A DNA stretch of 61,455 bases, counting the filler. It is 2 parts of 2 records of this genome, joined end to end, with 100 filler letters (N's around TTAATTAATTAA, not from the genome) between each part and the next. Parts side by side here need not be neighbours in the genome. Positions count along the whole stretch, not along the records: positions 1 to 30,207 come from SRR16203515_2325; positions 30,308 to 61,455 come from SRR16203515_2333. One strand, given 5' to 3'. Position 1 is the stretch's first letter. Each line of letters starts with the position of its first letter. The notes beneath the pieces are model-generated. The model did not search any database. It was not told the DNA's origin and saw only the letters and a list, made by a program, of their open reading frames with translations. A program made the position numbers and the translations under genes. Below are positions 21,304-31,049 of this stretch, one piece after another.

Positions 21304-22731
21304 GTGAGCACGGATTTAAGAGATGCACCCGCGGTAAAAGAAAGTAACGTATTAACAAAAATTGTTGATACCAAAGCGGCACATATTGATTCATTAAAAC
21401 AGCGCTTTCCAGAAGCCACATTAACACCTAAGGTCTCAGACAGAAGCTTATTTGATGCCCTTAAAGCGCCCAATGCCGGCTTTATTTTAGAGTGTAAAAA
21501 AGCCAGTCCATCAAAAGGGCTTATCCGTGATGTGTTTGATGTCGATGCCATTGCCAATGTTTATAACCACTACGCGGCGGGTATTTCAGTATTAACTGAT
21601 GAGCACTTCTTCCAAGGTGATATGGATTATATCCCGCGTGTACGTGCTCGCGTCACTCAGCCAATTTTGTGTAAAGACTTTTTCGTTGATGAATACCAAG
21701 TCAAGCTGGCCGCTCATCAAGGCGCCGATGCGATTTTATTAATGCTTTCAGTACTCGATGATAATCGCTACCAAGCACTAGCAACCGAAGCGGCTAAATA
21801 TCAACTCGATATTTTAACTGAAGTCAGTAATGAAGCTGAGCTGACTCGCGCCATTGCGCTTAATGCCAAGATTGTTGGGATTAATAATCGTAACCTGCGC
21901 GACCTTTCGACAGATCTTGCTACCACAGAGGAACTCGCGCCGCATATTCCAGCCGACAGAGTGGTGATTAGCGAATCAGGCATTTATAACCAAGCCCAAG
22001 TTCGCCGTTTAGCACCGTTAGTGGATGGCTTCTTAGTTGGCAGCTCGTTAATGGCAGAAGATGATTTAGACCTTGCTTGCCGTACATTAACCTTTGGTCA
22101 CAACAAGATCTGCGGCCTAACTCGCCTTGAAGATATGCAAGCCGCAGCCAAAGCCGGCGCAGTCTACGGCGGCCTTATCTTTGCTAAAAAATCACCGCGT
22201 GCGGTAACGCCAGAGCAAGCACTAGAGTTAGTCACAGAGCTTAATAACAGCGGCACTAAACTCAATTTAGTAGGCGTTTTTGTCAATGAAGCCGCCGATG
22301 TGATTGCCAAGTTAGCACTCGAGCTCAACCTTTATGCGGTGCAGTTGCACGGCAGTGAAACATCACTGGAAATAGAGGCGTTAAAAGACAAATTTGCTGA
22401 GCTAAATTGCCCGACTCAAATCTGGAAAGCCGTTGCTGTCAGCCTTGATAATAATGACTCAGTGGTAATCCCTGAGGGGACTGACCGCGTAGTATTTGAT
22501 AGCAAGTCTGCTGGCCAATTTGGCGGTACAGGCCAAGCTTTTGACTGGCAAACTGTACTACCGAATAAAGAGAGGGCATTACTTGCTGGAGGGTTAAGCC
22601 CAGACAATGCACTCGATGCTGCCGCCCAAGGATTTTATGGCTTAGATTTTAACTCAGGCCTTGAGCAAAGCCCTGGCATTAAAGATCCAAGTAAAATTAG
22701 CGCAGCGTTTAAGCTTTTGCGTCAGTACTAA
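21304..22731 (+). CDS. trpCF: Bifunctional IGP synthase / PRA isomerase
   Basis: ECKKASPSKG, SVLTDE, GINNRNL, ESGI then KICGLT, VQLHG, GGTG, LAGGL; GTG start with GGAG SD. Confidence 0.96.
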   Translation: MSTDLRDAPAVKESNVLTKIVDTKAAHIDSLKQRFPEATLTPKVSDRSLFDALKAPNAGFILECKKASPSKGLIRDVFDVDAIANVYNHYAAGISVLTDEHFFQGDMDYIPRVRARVTQPILCKDFFVDEYQVKLAAHQGADAILLMLSVLDDNRYQALATEAAKYQLDILTEVSNEAELTRAIALNAKIVGINNRNLRDLSTDLATTEELAPHIPADRVVISESGIYNQAQVRRLAPLVDGFLVGSSLMAEDDLDLACRTLTFGHNKICGLTRLEDMQAAAKAGAVYGGLIFAKKSPRAVTPEQALELVTELNNSGTKLNLVGVFVNEAADVIAKLALELNLYAVQLHGSETSLEIEALKDKFAELNCPTQIWKAVAVSLDNNDSVVIPEGTDRVVFDSKSAGQFGGTGQAFDWQTVLPNKERALLAGGLSPDNALDAAAQGFYGLDFNSGLEQSPGIKDPSKISAAFKLLRQY

Positions 22732-22850
22732 TCCGAGCCGGACCGTACTGAGCAGAACTGAAGCAAACAGAGCTAAAGTGAACGCAAACAGAATTATCAC
22801 CACAGGCAAAGCGCCTGTGGCCACAAATTGAAAAGAAATAGGACAAGAAT

Positions 22851-24062
22851 ATGAGCAAGTTAAACCCATACTTTGGGGAATACGGTGGTATGTACGTGCC
22901 ACAAATCTTAATGCCAGCACTTAAGCAGCTTGAAAGCGCTTTTATTGAGGCCCAACAAGATGAAAGCTTTCAACAGGAATTTACCGAGCTATTAAAGAAC
23001 TATGCTGGTCGTCCAACGGCGTTGACTTTAACCCGTAATTTAAGCCCTAACCCACTGGCTAAAATTTACCTAAAGCGTGAAGACTTGCTGCACGGCGGCG
23101 CTCACAAGACTAACCAGGTACTAGGTCAGGCATTACTCGCCAAGCGTATGGGTAAAAAAGAGATCATTGCCGAAACTGGTGCAGGTCAACATGGCGTAGC
23201 AACTGCCCTTGCCTGCGCATTACTTGGCCTTAAATGTAAAGTGTACATGGGCGCAAAAGATGTTGAGCGTCAATCACCAAACGTATTTAGAATGAAACTC
23301 ATGGGCGCAGAAGTTATTCCGGTCACTTCAGGCTCATCCACCCTAAAAGATGCCTGTAACGAAGCCATGCGTGACTGGTCTGGTAGCTATGATAAAGCCC
23401 ACTACCTACTTGGTACGGCTGCGGGCCCACACCCGTTCCCAACGATTGTGCGTGAATTCCAACGTATGATTGGTGAAGAAACCAAAGCGCAAATTCTTGA
23501 GCGTGAAGGTCGTCTTCCTGATGCGGTTATCGCTTGCGTGGGCGGTGGCTCTAACGCCATTGGTATGTTTGCCGACTTTATCGATGATGAAGAAGTGGCA
23601 TTGATCGGTGTAGAACCTGCAGGTAAAGGAATTGATACCCCAATGCACGGCGCGCCACTAAAGCATGGTAAAACCGGTATTTTCTTTGGTATGAAAGCGC
23701 CGCTAATGCAAGATGTTGAAGGGCAAATCGAGGAATCTTACTCAGTGTCAGCCGGTCTCGATTTCCCATCGGTTGGGCCGCAGCACGCGCACCTTGCCGC
23801 CACTGGCCGCGCGACTTACGAGTCAGCCACCGATGATGAAGCATTGGAAGCATTCCAGTTGCTGGCACGCTGTGAGGGGATTATTCCAGCGCTTGAGTCT
23901 GCTCACGCCTTAGCTTACGCAGTAAAACTTGCCAAAGAGGCAACCAAAGAAACCCTATTAGTGGTTAACCTGTCGGGCCGCGGCGACAAAGATATCTTCA
24001 CGGTTGCGGACATTCTTGAGCAACAAGAAGTTGAGCAACAAACTAACAAGCAAAACAACTAG
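22851..24062 (+). CDS. trpB: Tryptophan synthase beta chain
   Basis: [40 protein letters not shown]. Confidence 0.98.
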   Translation: MSKLNPYFGEYGGMYVPQILMPALKQLESAFIEAQQDESFQQEFTELLKNYAGRPTALTLTRNLSPNPLAKIYLKREDLLHGGAHKTNQVLGQALLAKRMGKKEIIAETGAGQHGVATALACALLGLKCKVYMGAKDVERQSPNVFRMKLMGAEVIPVTSGSSTLKDACNEAMRDWSGSYDKAHYLLGTAAGPHPFPTIVREFQRMIGEETKAQILEREGRLPDAVIACVGGGSNAIGMFADFIDDEEVALIGVEPAGKGIDTPMHGAPLKHGKTGIFFGMKAPLMQDVEGQIEESYSVSAGLDFPSVGPQHAHLAATGRATYESATDDEALEAFQLLARCEGIIPALESAHALAYAVKLAKEATKETLLVVNLSGRGDKDIFTVADILEQQEVEQQTNKQNN

Positions 24063-24072
24063 GAGAGTGGCA

Positions 24073-24882
24073 ATGAGTCAACGTTACCAGGCAGCCTTTG
24101 CCGCCCTAAATGAAAAAAACCAAGGCGCATTTGTGCCATTCGTGACCTTAGGTGATCCGTCACCAGAATTATCACTAAAAATCATCGACACCTTAGTCGA
24201 AAACGGCGCCGATGCCCTAGAGCTAGGCTTTCCATTTTCAGACCCTCTAGCCGATGGTCCCGTTATTCAAGGCGCTAACTTACGCTCTTTGGCCGCTGGT
24301 ACCACACCAAGTCAGTGTTTTGAAATGCTAGCGAGCATTCGTGCTAAGTACCCTGACTTGCCGATTGGCCTATTACTGTACGCTAATCTGGTGTTCGCGA
24401 ATGGTGTTGATGCATTTTACGCAAAATGCCAAGCCGCCGGTGTCGACTCTGTATTGATTGCCGATGTGCCAGTGGAAGAAGCAGCACCGTTTATCGAATC
24501 AGCTAAAGCCCATGGTGTATGCCCTATCTTTATTGCGCCGCCAAATGCCGACAGCGATACCTTAAAGTTAGTTAGCGAAAAAGGCGAAGGCTACACCTAC
24601 TTGTTATCGCGCGCAGGGGTAACTGGTACAGAGTCAAAAGCGGGTATGCCAATTGGTGATATTCTCAATCGCCTAAAAGAGTTTAATGGTGCGCCGCCAC
24701 TACTCGGTTTTGGTATTGCCGAGCCTAGTCAGGTTAAAGCGGCTATTGATGCAGGCGCTGCTGGCGCTATTTCAGGTTCTGCGGTAGTAAAAATCATTGA
24801 AGCCAATAAAGACAACGAGTCAGCGCTTTTAGGCGCGCTTGCTGAATTTACCCGTAATATGAAAGCGGCTACTGCTCGCTAG
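24073..24882 (+). CDS. trpA: Tryptophan synthase alpha chain (ATG 24073)
   Basis: [41 protein letters not shown] at 24061. Confidence 0.97.
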   Translation: MSQRYQAAFAALNEKNQGAFVPFVTLGDPSPELSLKIIDTLVENGADALELGFPFSDPLADGPVIQGANLRSLAAGTTPSQCFEMLASIRAKYPDLPIGLLLYANLVFANGVDAFYAKCQAAGVDSVLIADVPVEEAAPFIESAKAHGVCPIFIAPPNADSDTLKLVSEKGEGYTYLLSRAGVTGTESKAGMPIGDILNRLKEFNGAPPLLGFGIAEPSQVKAAIDAGAAGAISGSAVVKIIEANKDNESALLGALAEFTRNMKAATAR

Positions 24883-24904
24883 TTAATAGCCGAACGACAG
24901 ATAC

Positions 24905-24933
24905 AAAAATAGCGCCTTAATGGCGCTATTTTT
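24905..24933. terminator. Bidirectional terminator trpA/assT
   Basis: aaaaatagcgcc-ttaat-ggcgctattttt. Confidence 0.9.
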
Positions 24934-24994
24934 ATTGGTGAGCTCGATTCTGTAACCAATTAATTCAGCACTGAATCACTTTAGCATCTCACTG

Positions 24995-26800
24995 TTATTT
25001 CAACATTTCATTGACACGAATAACCTGAGCGCGGTAACCCGTCGCAAACATATCGTGGCTGTCGATATTGATGCGAACAGCAGGCTTAGTTTCGCCATAT
25101 CTGTGCTCAACTAAGATAGATTGCACCTTACCCGTAGTGTCATCCATCTTTAAGTTGCCGTAACCGCCACCTAAGCCGAATAGGCCGGCAGAAGCGAAGT
25201 AGCTCATCATACTGTCTTTATCCGCTTGGTATTTAACAATAGACGTCACAGGTGAGTAGCCTTCATAACCCAATTCGTCCTTACCGTATTCCCAAACTTG
25301 CTGCACAGTCATATTTTGCTCATCGATTTTATACTCAACTGAGCGAGAGTACTTTTCGTTGGCAAACATCGGCTGACCTAAGTCACGACCATCGCCGTTA
25401 TCAAACACGGTCAAGGTCCCCTTTTCAGGCACTAAATACGCTGTGTGTGATGTCCAGCTAAAGTCAAAGTCTTTATCCTGACATGCGCCTTTCTCGTTAC
25501 ACCAAATTGGTTCACCGTCAGCCGTGATAGGCTTAAGTAGCTTGTCTTGGAACTTGTCGCTCCAGCCCTTGCTGGCACTTAAAATCCATTTCACTTGCTT
25601 GTCGCGGCCAATCTTAAACACAGCAGACTGATGACGCGAACTCAAAATAATGCTGTCATCTTTTGGATCATATTCAATCGAGTTAACATGCGCCCAGTTA
25701 CGACCCGCAGCAACGCCATGAATATCGCCGTATGGTGCTTTCGCTAAATCTTCTTCAGTGGTTTGGTGGCCAGCATCGTCAAGGTTAATGTTCAAACACA
25801 CTGCGCCCGCATCGAGCGATAATAACGCGGCGTCACGCATAGGATCTAAGATGGTGTTTAAGTCCCAGTAATCAACTAACTTACCTGTGTTATCCACTTC
25901 AATAATTTGATCGCGTACAGTATTCACCAAGCGGCCATCAACAGTGCGGTAATCTTTAGCCGCTGCGCGAATAAATACGTTACCGTTAGCGCCTTCAATG
26001 CCCTCATGGGAGGCATCAATAAAGTTACCCGGCAGATTGTGCTCAGAGATCATCCGCCCCATGATCGACATTTTCTTCCAGCCTTGGCCCTGCACCCACA
26101 CCATGTTGCCGTCTTTAGTGACGTTCATCCCCATAGCGTAACCTGCATTGTCATAGGTTTTGGCGTCATGAGTGGTATAAGGATTCATATACCAACGAAT
26201 ATCACCCGCGGTATCGATAATGAAAAACCCTGGCTTACCGTCCCAAGAAAAGGCACCTGGTGCATCGGAGTTGTTGTGCATCAGTGGCGCAGCTTTACCG
26301 TCGGCATTGGTCCAGTTAACAAAGTACAGTCTGTCTTTAAAGTCAGCATCAACGTGTTCAACTTCAACAATAGGCGCCTTAGCCCACTGGCTTTCAGAAA
26401 AGCCCATGTCGATATCTGGTGTCAGCATTTGATAATCGTGCGACTTACGCTCTCCGTTCTCGGTCCACTTCACGGTAAACTTATTCATAAATGCTGGATA
26501 CAAGCCAAAAATTGGCACGCCGCCTTCATCCATCACCCGCATATCATCGACCTGATAAGTCAGGCTTACACCATCTGCATCATTAGCATGCACAGTGACT
26601 TCTACGCCCGAAATAGTATGACCCGCTAAAGTGACTAGAGCAGTAAGTGGTGCATTTTCATATGGGTTATGAATGATATAACCTAATGGAGCCCCTGCTA
26701 CAGGTTTAGGTTTCATGCCATCGATAGAAGCAAAGGTTTGTGCTGAGCACAAACTTAAAGACAAGGCTAACGCCGAAAGAAGCAAAGCTGGTTTAGACAT
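24995..26800 (-). CDS. assT: Periplasmic arylsulfate sulfotransferase
   Basis: Signal peptide, NPYENAPLTA, DASHE, RNWAHVNSI, LSSRHQ, CNEKGAC, WTSHTAY, FDNGDGR. Confidence 0.9.
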   Translation of the reverse strand: MSKPALLLSALALSLSLCSAQTFASIDGMKPKPVAGAPLGYIIHNPYENAPLTALVTLAGHTISGVEVTVHANDADGVSLTYQVDDMRVMDEGGVPIFGLYPAFMNKFTVKWTENGERKSHDYQMLTPDIDMGFSESQWAKAPIVEVEHVDADFKDRLYFVNWTNADGKAAPLMHNNSDAPGAFSWDGKPGFFIIDTAGDIRWYMNPYTTHDAKTYDNAGYAMGMNVTKDGNMVWVQGQGWKKMSIMGRMISEHNLPGNFIDASHEGIEGANGNVFIRAAAKDYRTVDGRLVNTVRDQIIEVDNTGKLVDYWDLNTILDPMRDAALLSLDAGAVCLNINLDDAGHQTTEEDLAKAPYGDIHGVAAGRNWAHVNSIEYDPKDDSIILSSRHQSAVFKIGRDKQVKWILSASKGWSDKFQDKLLKPITADGEPIWCNEKGACQDKDFDFSWTSHTAYLVPEKGTLTVFDNGDGRDLGQPMFANEKYSRSVEYKIDEQNMTVQQVWEYGKDELGYEGYSPVTSIVKYQADKDSMMSYFASAGLFGLGGGYGNLKMDDTTGKVQSILVEHRYGETKPAVRINIDSHDMFATGYRAQVIRVNEMLK

Positions 26801-26835
26801 TGAAAATTAACTCAACAGTACGGAAACTGAGGCGG

Positions 26836-26878
26836 ATTATAATCCGCAAAGTCGATAAAAAATGTCAGAGAATTAACA
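26836..26878 (-). promoter_or_regulatory. Class II CRP-type promoter for assT
   Basis: Perfect TATAAT on minus strand (26841-26836); TGTCA-N6-TAACA (26863-26878) centred about -41.5. Confidence 0.6.
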
Positions 26879-27117
26879 TTCTAGTGAGTATATTTTGAGT
26901 TTGATTAGCAGATCACGCTTTATCGATTTTATGCCTACTTATTGCAACTTTATATCTTCATGCTGGTCAGTTGCCTATTTGGTCGTATCTGTGATCCGTA
27001 CAAATCTATCGCTGATATCTATAGGCAGCAAACAACTGCGCAATCAAAACATAGAAAACTTAAATTAAAGATACATAAGAGATAACTAAAGATGTGTCAT
27101 CGTTCCGTGGTAGCTAC

Positions 27118-27150
27118 AGGTGCTAAGCTTACTTTCTTAGCTTAGCACCT
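27118..27150. terminator. 12-bp perfect hairpin, probable terminator of the minus-strand small membrane gene
   Basis: aggtgctaagct-N9-agcttagcacct, no clear U-tail. Confidence 0.5.
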
Positions 27151-27205
27151 TCAATTTTAGCCAACAATTTTACGTCTATAGCTAGCGCTTTACGGATACA
27201 GTAAT

Positions 27206-27523
27206 CTAGAGCTTATCTTCAAACAGAACTCCATGCTTTTTAACATACCAAATAGCTAATGGGATCTCGATTAATACGTAAATAAATAGCGTAAACCAAA
27301 ACCAGTTAGTGCTAAACAGTATCGCGTTAAACACATAGCCTGTTCCCCAAAATTTACTTCCCACCAAGACAAATACAAACAGTGAACAAGCAATATCACA
27401 AAGCGAAACTTTATTAATATTACTACCTGCAATTTTAGGATAAATAGACAGATATCCCATAGTTATTACCGCAGCCACTAGACCTACAATATAAAGTTCC
27501 GCCACAAAATTTATCTCTAACAA
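27206..27523 (-). CDS. Hypothetical small membrane protein
   Basis: Three hydrophobic segments, YLSIYPK and NWFWFTL..IEIP; start uncertain. Confidence 0.7.
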   Translation of the reverse strand: MLEINFVAELYIVGLVAAVITMGYLSIYPKIAGSNINKVSLCDIACSLFVFVLVGSKFWGTGYVFNAILFSTNWFWFTLFIYVLIEIPLAIWYVKKHGVLFEDKL

Positions 27524-27917
27524 TTCAGTAGTTGAATGTTAACTCAAAGTACCTGTACCAGCCAATGTTTAAGGCGTTATGAAAGTAATAGGCATGGCGG
27601 TATAAAGTTCAATAATATCGGCTTTACTACCCCGTTTGTATGAGTAGCGATAGATAACCACAAAAACTCAAGGTGAATATATCCATATAAAAAGTAGATG
27701 TTTAATTAATTTATAGGCAATAACACTAAATTTTAATATTTGATTGTTGACCTGAGTAGATTAACCCCGGTAAACCTTCACTTCTATATTTGCGAGACAC
27801 CGACCCAACAACACAGTAATGAGTGCTATATGGGATATAACTCTATTAATAACTTAATCCCAAATATATAACTCTATGAACGCCAAGTTCTTGGTTTTGT
27901 TAATCCACTCACGACTA

Positions 27918-28412
27918 CTATTTATTAGATGCAAAGTTATTAGCCTTAACCTCCAAACGAATAAATGAACGTTCTCGACCATTCATTCTTTGCTCTAGCG
28001 TTACAATACTATCATTATGATTTACGCCAACCCAAAGCATACCAACACACTCACCTTGAAATATACATTGATAGCTTGATAGTTCACTTTCTCTGAACTC
28101 TTTTGTTTGATAACCATCATTGATTAATAGGCCTTGCAACTCAACGTAGTCATCTTGAAAGCTATCGCCAAAGGCAGAGTATTCAAAGCTAGTCATCGAT
28201 ATTTTTACTAAACCGCTATCAGGCTGTTGAACCAGCTCATACTGTTTAGCTATAAGTAAATGCTCAGGGAGACTATTAGTCACAACTTTATAGTACTCGT
28301 CCCTCTTTGTTAGTTCGCCATATTTATCAATATTCTCTCCCCAGTCCACTCCAAATAAAGCGGCTGAACTATGAAAAGAAAATAAGACTAAAAATAGAGT
28401 AAATATTCTCAT
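27918..28412 (-). CDS. Hypothetical exported protein
   Basis: Sec signal MRIFTLFLVLFSFHSSA, Cys pair CIFQGEC. Confidence 0.7.
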   Translation of the reverse strand: MRIFTLFLVLFSFHSSAALFGVDWGENIDKYGELTKRDEYYKVVTNSLPEHLLIAKQYELVQQPDSGLVKISMTSFEYSAFGDSFQDDYVELQGLLINDGYQTKEFRESELSSYQCIFQGECVGMLWVGVNHNDSIVTLEQRMNGRERSFIRLEVKANNFASNK

Positions 28413-28947
28413 TAAAGATCCCAATAACATATATTTGAAAATCTATTATCCAATCCATTAGGTTTAGACAACACTAAAATACAATAGGAATAAATTTAAG
28501 GAAAACACCCAGGCTTAAACATTGAATACAATATAAAAAGCCTTGAGGTTCGATGACGGAAGACTCAGTTCAACACTTACATAGGATAAATAAGAATTCC
28601 ATTCTATTACATTCCTTTTTATGTCGTAGCAATTTGATATAAAAGCACGATATAACTGATATTATTCTAACACTTTCAACATTGCGAACTATTCAATTAT
28701 CTTTTATCTAATACTAAATGATTATGTCGCTTACATTTCGGCGTCATTAATTTAAGGTGTTAAAACCAAACAACGACACTTGATTTGCGCACTATAAAAC
28801 ATACAGACACAAAATGATACAGATGTATAAGACATGAACTATCACAGCGATAAAATCTAAATTCGATAATTGAAACAACCAGGATAAGTTAATCTAAATC
28901 TCTCATTAACTTTAGTAAGTCCTAATAATTTTGCTAGCAAAGTTAAT

Positions 28948-28975
28948 AAAGCACAATCTGATGACTGTGCTTTTT
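28948..28975 (-). terminator. Terminator after the porin gene
   Basis: Minus strand gcacagtc-atca-gattgtgc-tttatt. Confidence 0.6.
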
Positions 28976-29001
28976 CATGCAAAACTACTTATCAATACTA
29001 T

Positions 29002-29757
29002 TTAGAAACGGCCAACAATACCTAAACCTAAGCCCACGCCATCGTAGTCAGAGTCCAAAACTTTCGACACATTAAAATTAGCTGAAATGCCATCGGTAAT
29101 GCGTAACCAATATGCTGTACGCACATCAAATGCGTCATCATTGTCGCTATTGACGTAACCGACTCCAACAGACCATGCATTACTGATATACCAATCAGCA
29201 CCGACACTGAACACATCATCAAAATCGTTATGTCCCCATTGAGCATTAAGATCAATACCCGCTGTAGATTGCAACGCTAAATAGCTACGAAGCTTTAAAC
29301 CATAGGTTTCCACAAAATTATCGTCGCCATCTTGATAAAACGCAGAAACAGAGGAAGTGTCGTTGAAGTAATAACCGACTTCAGCTCCGTAAGTTTTGAA
29401 GTCGTAAAACCCAACATCAACCTTTTGATAGTTAGCACCAACGAACCAATTTGAATCGAATACAAATACGCCATCAACGCCATAGCTGTTGCTATCTGTT
29501 GGATCGAAGTTTTGGTAACTTGCCCCCACATTTGATTCTTGTGCTAAAACCCCATTAAGCGCATAAGGTGTTTTTCCTTGCTCAACACTTTTAAAGTAAT
29601 AGCGGTAATTTGCGTTCCACAAACCATCACCCACTTCTTCTGAGTTAGTGGTGTAACTTAAGCTTGCTTCATGTTGATAATTGTTATCTTGAACTGCGAC
29701 AGCACTTGCGCTTGAAAGACCTAACAAAATAGCGATAGCAGTAGTCGATTTTCTCAT
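29002..29757 (-). CDS. Putative outer-membrane porin / beta-barrel
   Basis: Signal peptide, alternating aromatic beta strands (YRYYF, GYYFN), C-terminal Phe (GIVGRF). Confidence 0.85.
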   Translation of the reverse strand: MRKSTTAIAILLGLSSASAVAVQDNNYQHEASLSYTTNSEEVGDGLWNANYRYYFKSVEQGKTPYALNGVLAQESNVGASYQNFDPTDSNSYGVDGVFVFDSNWFVGANYQKVDVGFYDFKTYGAEVGYYFNDTSSVSAFYQDGDDNFVETYGLKLRSYLALQSTAGIDLNAQWGHNDFDDVFSVGADWYISNAWSVGVGYVNSDNDDAFDVRTAYWLRITDGISANFNVSKVLDSDYDGVGLGLGIVGRF

Positions 29758-30207
29758 CAATTTATTCCCTTATATTGTAAGTAATGCTAAGAGATAAAGA
29801 TGTGCAGATATAATGATAAGCGTAAACTCAGCCATCCTTGATATAGTTCAGTGATTAATAGCGATAAACACTGCTGCTCTCCTAGCGCGGCAAACAATAA
29901 TCTAAACAGATAAAAAATGAAACACTAAACCATCAAGAAATCATTAAAACCAACAAATAATATCAAGATTTAACACGCGAGAAACTGCAATAGATCAACT
30001 TACTAACAACTCACATGTTTACCCTGTAATTAAGTCTTTAGGTTAGAAAGTAAATTTGCTAAAAAAATCAACCCCTTTAAAAATCGCCTCTCGGTGTCTA
30101 CAAGGTTTTAAGGTATGGCTAAAATCCCCTCTTAGACGGGTAAGATCTATTGCATTTCCGAGCATCATTTAAAACTAAGCCTAATGCCCCAAGGACAACC
30201 ACGGAAA

Positions 30208-30307
30208 NNNNNNNNNNNNNNNNNNNNNNNNNNNNNNNNNNNNNNNNNNNNTTAATTAATTAANNNNNNNNNNNNNNNNNNNNNNNNNNNNNNNNNNNNN
30301 NNNNNNN
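30208..30307. other. Artificial contig linker / assembly gap
   Basis: 44 N + palindromic TTAATTAATTAA (stops in all six frames) + 44 N = exactly 100 nt. Confidence 0.97.
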
Positions 30308-30720
30308 AGCTGCAATAATGGTTATTCCCTTATAAAGCGAATTAACGCAGAAGTAGGCCGCCAAAAAAGCTTCAGAATGGGGAATTTTTGCGATTTAGAT
30401 GCTGTGACTTTTTACAAACAAAGAGTCAGCTCAACCCTAGTTCAACTATGCTCTTCACTCGAAGCAAACCACATGGTCATGCATGTTCTAGAAATACATA
30501 AGTCATTTCCTCGATCCTTGGAGATCAGATGTAGTGAATGTCATTCAAGCACAACTATATGGATATAGGAGGTACGAGACCAAGGATGGTCGAGGGTAGA
30601 ATAATGCAGGAGCCATTATTCAGAGTAACGCAGAACTGTTACCGGGGAGCATTTAATGACCTTGCCGCAAAACCGCTAAACTCTTGCTGAGTGACTAAAT
30701 GTTTAAACTGATTGGTATAA
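30308..30720. repeat. Truncated MITE/ERIC-like interspersed repeat at contig start
   Basis: Ends in atgtttaaactgattggtat(aa), 19/20 identical to 42209-42228; hairpin-rich, abuts the gap; left boundary unknown. Confidence 0.55.
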
Positions 30721-30839
30721 GAAGGCGGATCGTTTTCGAGTTAGTTTGTATCGATTACAAAGGCGACTTATATTAATCTTGGCGTTATAGACTAAGTTTT
30801 GGTTGTGGAGATACAGGGAGTGAGGGAGATAAGTTTAAA

Positions 30840-31049
30840 ATGAACTTAATTAGCCGCTGTTGGCAAAAATATATAGTTTGGTGCGATAGTATGGGACTTA
30901 CGCCTGAAAATCGCCGTAGTTGCTTACCACGTTTGACAGAACCTGAGCTAATCGATAAATCGAAAAGACAGTCAGAGGCTTCGTTGCAAGAGGCTTTCAG
31001 AACAGAATCAAACGAATTAGTTAAACAGCGAAGCAAAAGCCATGAGTAA
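30840..31049 (+). CDS. Small conserved protein (DUF5363-like)
   Basis: WCDSMGLTPENRRSC motif, GGGAG SD, overlaps the tatD-like start; family recalled from memory. Confidence 0.6.
   Translation: MNLISRCWQKYIVWCDSMGLTPENRRSCLPRLTEPELIDKSKRQSEASLQEAFRTESNELVKQRSKSHE

Noticed and set aside
25907-26629. 240-aa + strand ORF
   Set aside because: Wholly antisense to assT, no recognisable motif
30252-30263. TTAATTAATTAA palindrome as a biological site
   Set aside because: Centred exactly in a 100-nt N spacer; a six-frame-stop contig linker
30377-30568. 63-aa ORF as a transposase fragment
   Set aside because: No transposase motifs or SD; lies inside a non-coding repeat
29900-30800. oriC or terminus suggested by the skew flip
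   Set aside because: The flip coincides with the artificial join; no DnaA-box cluster, dif site or dnaA/gidA seen
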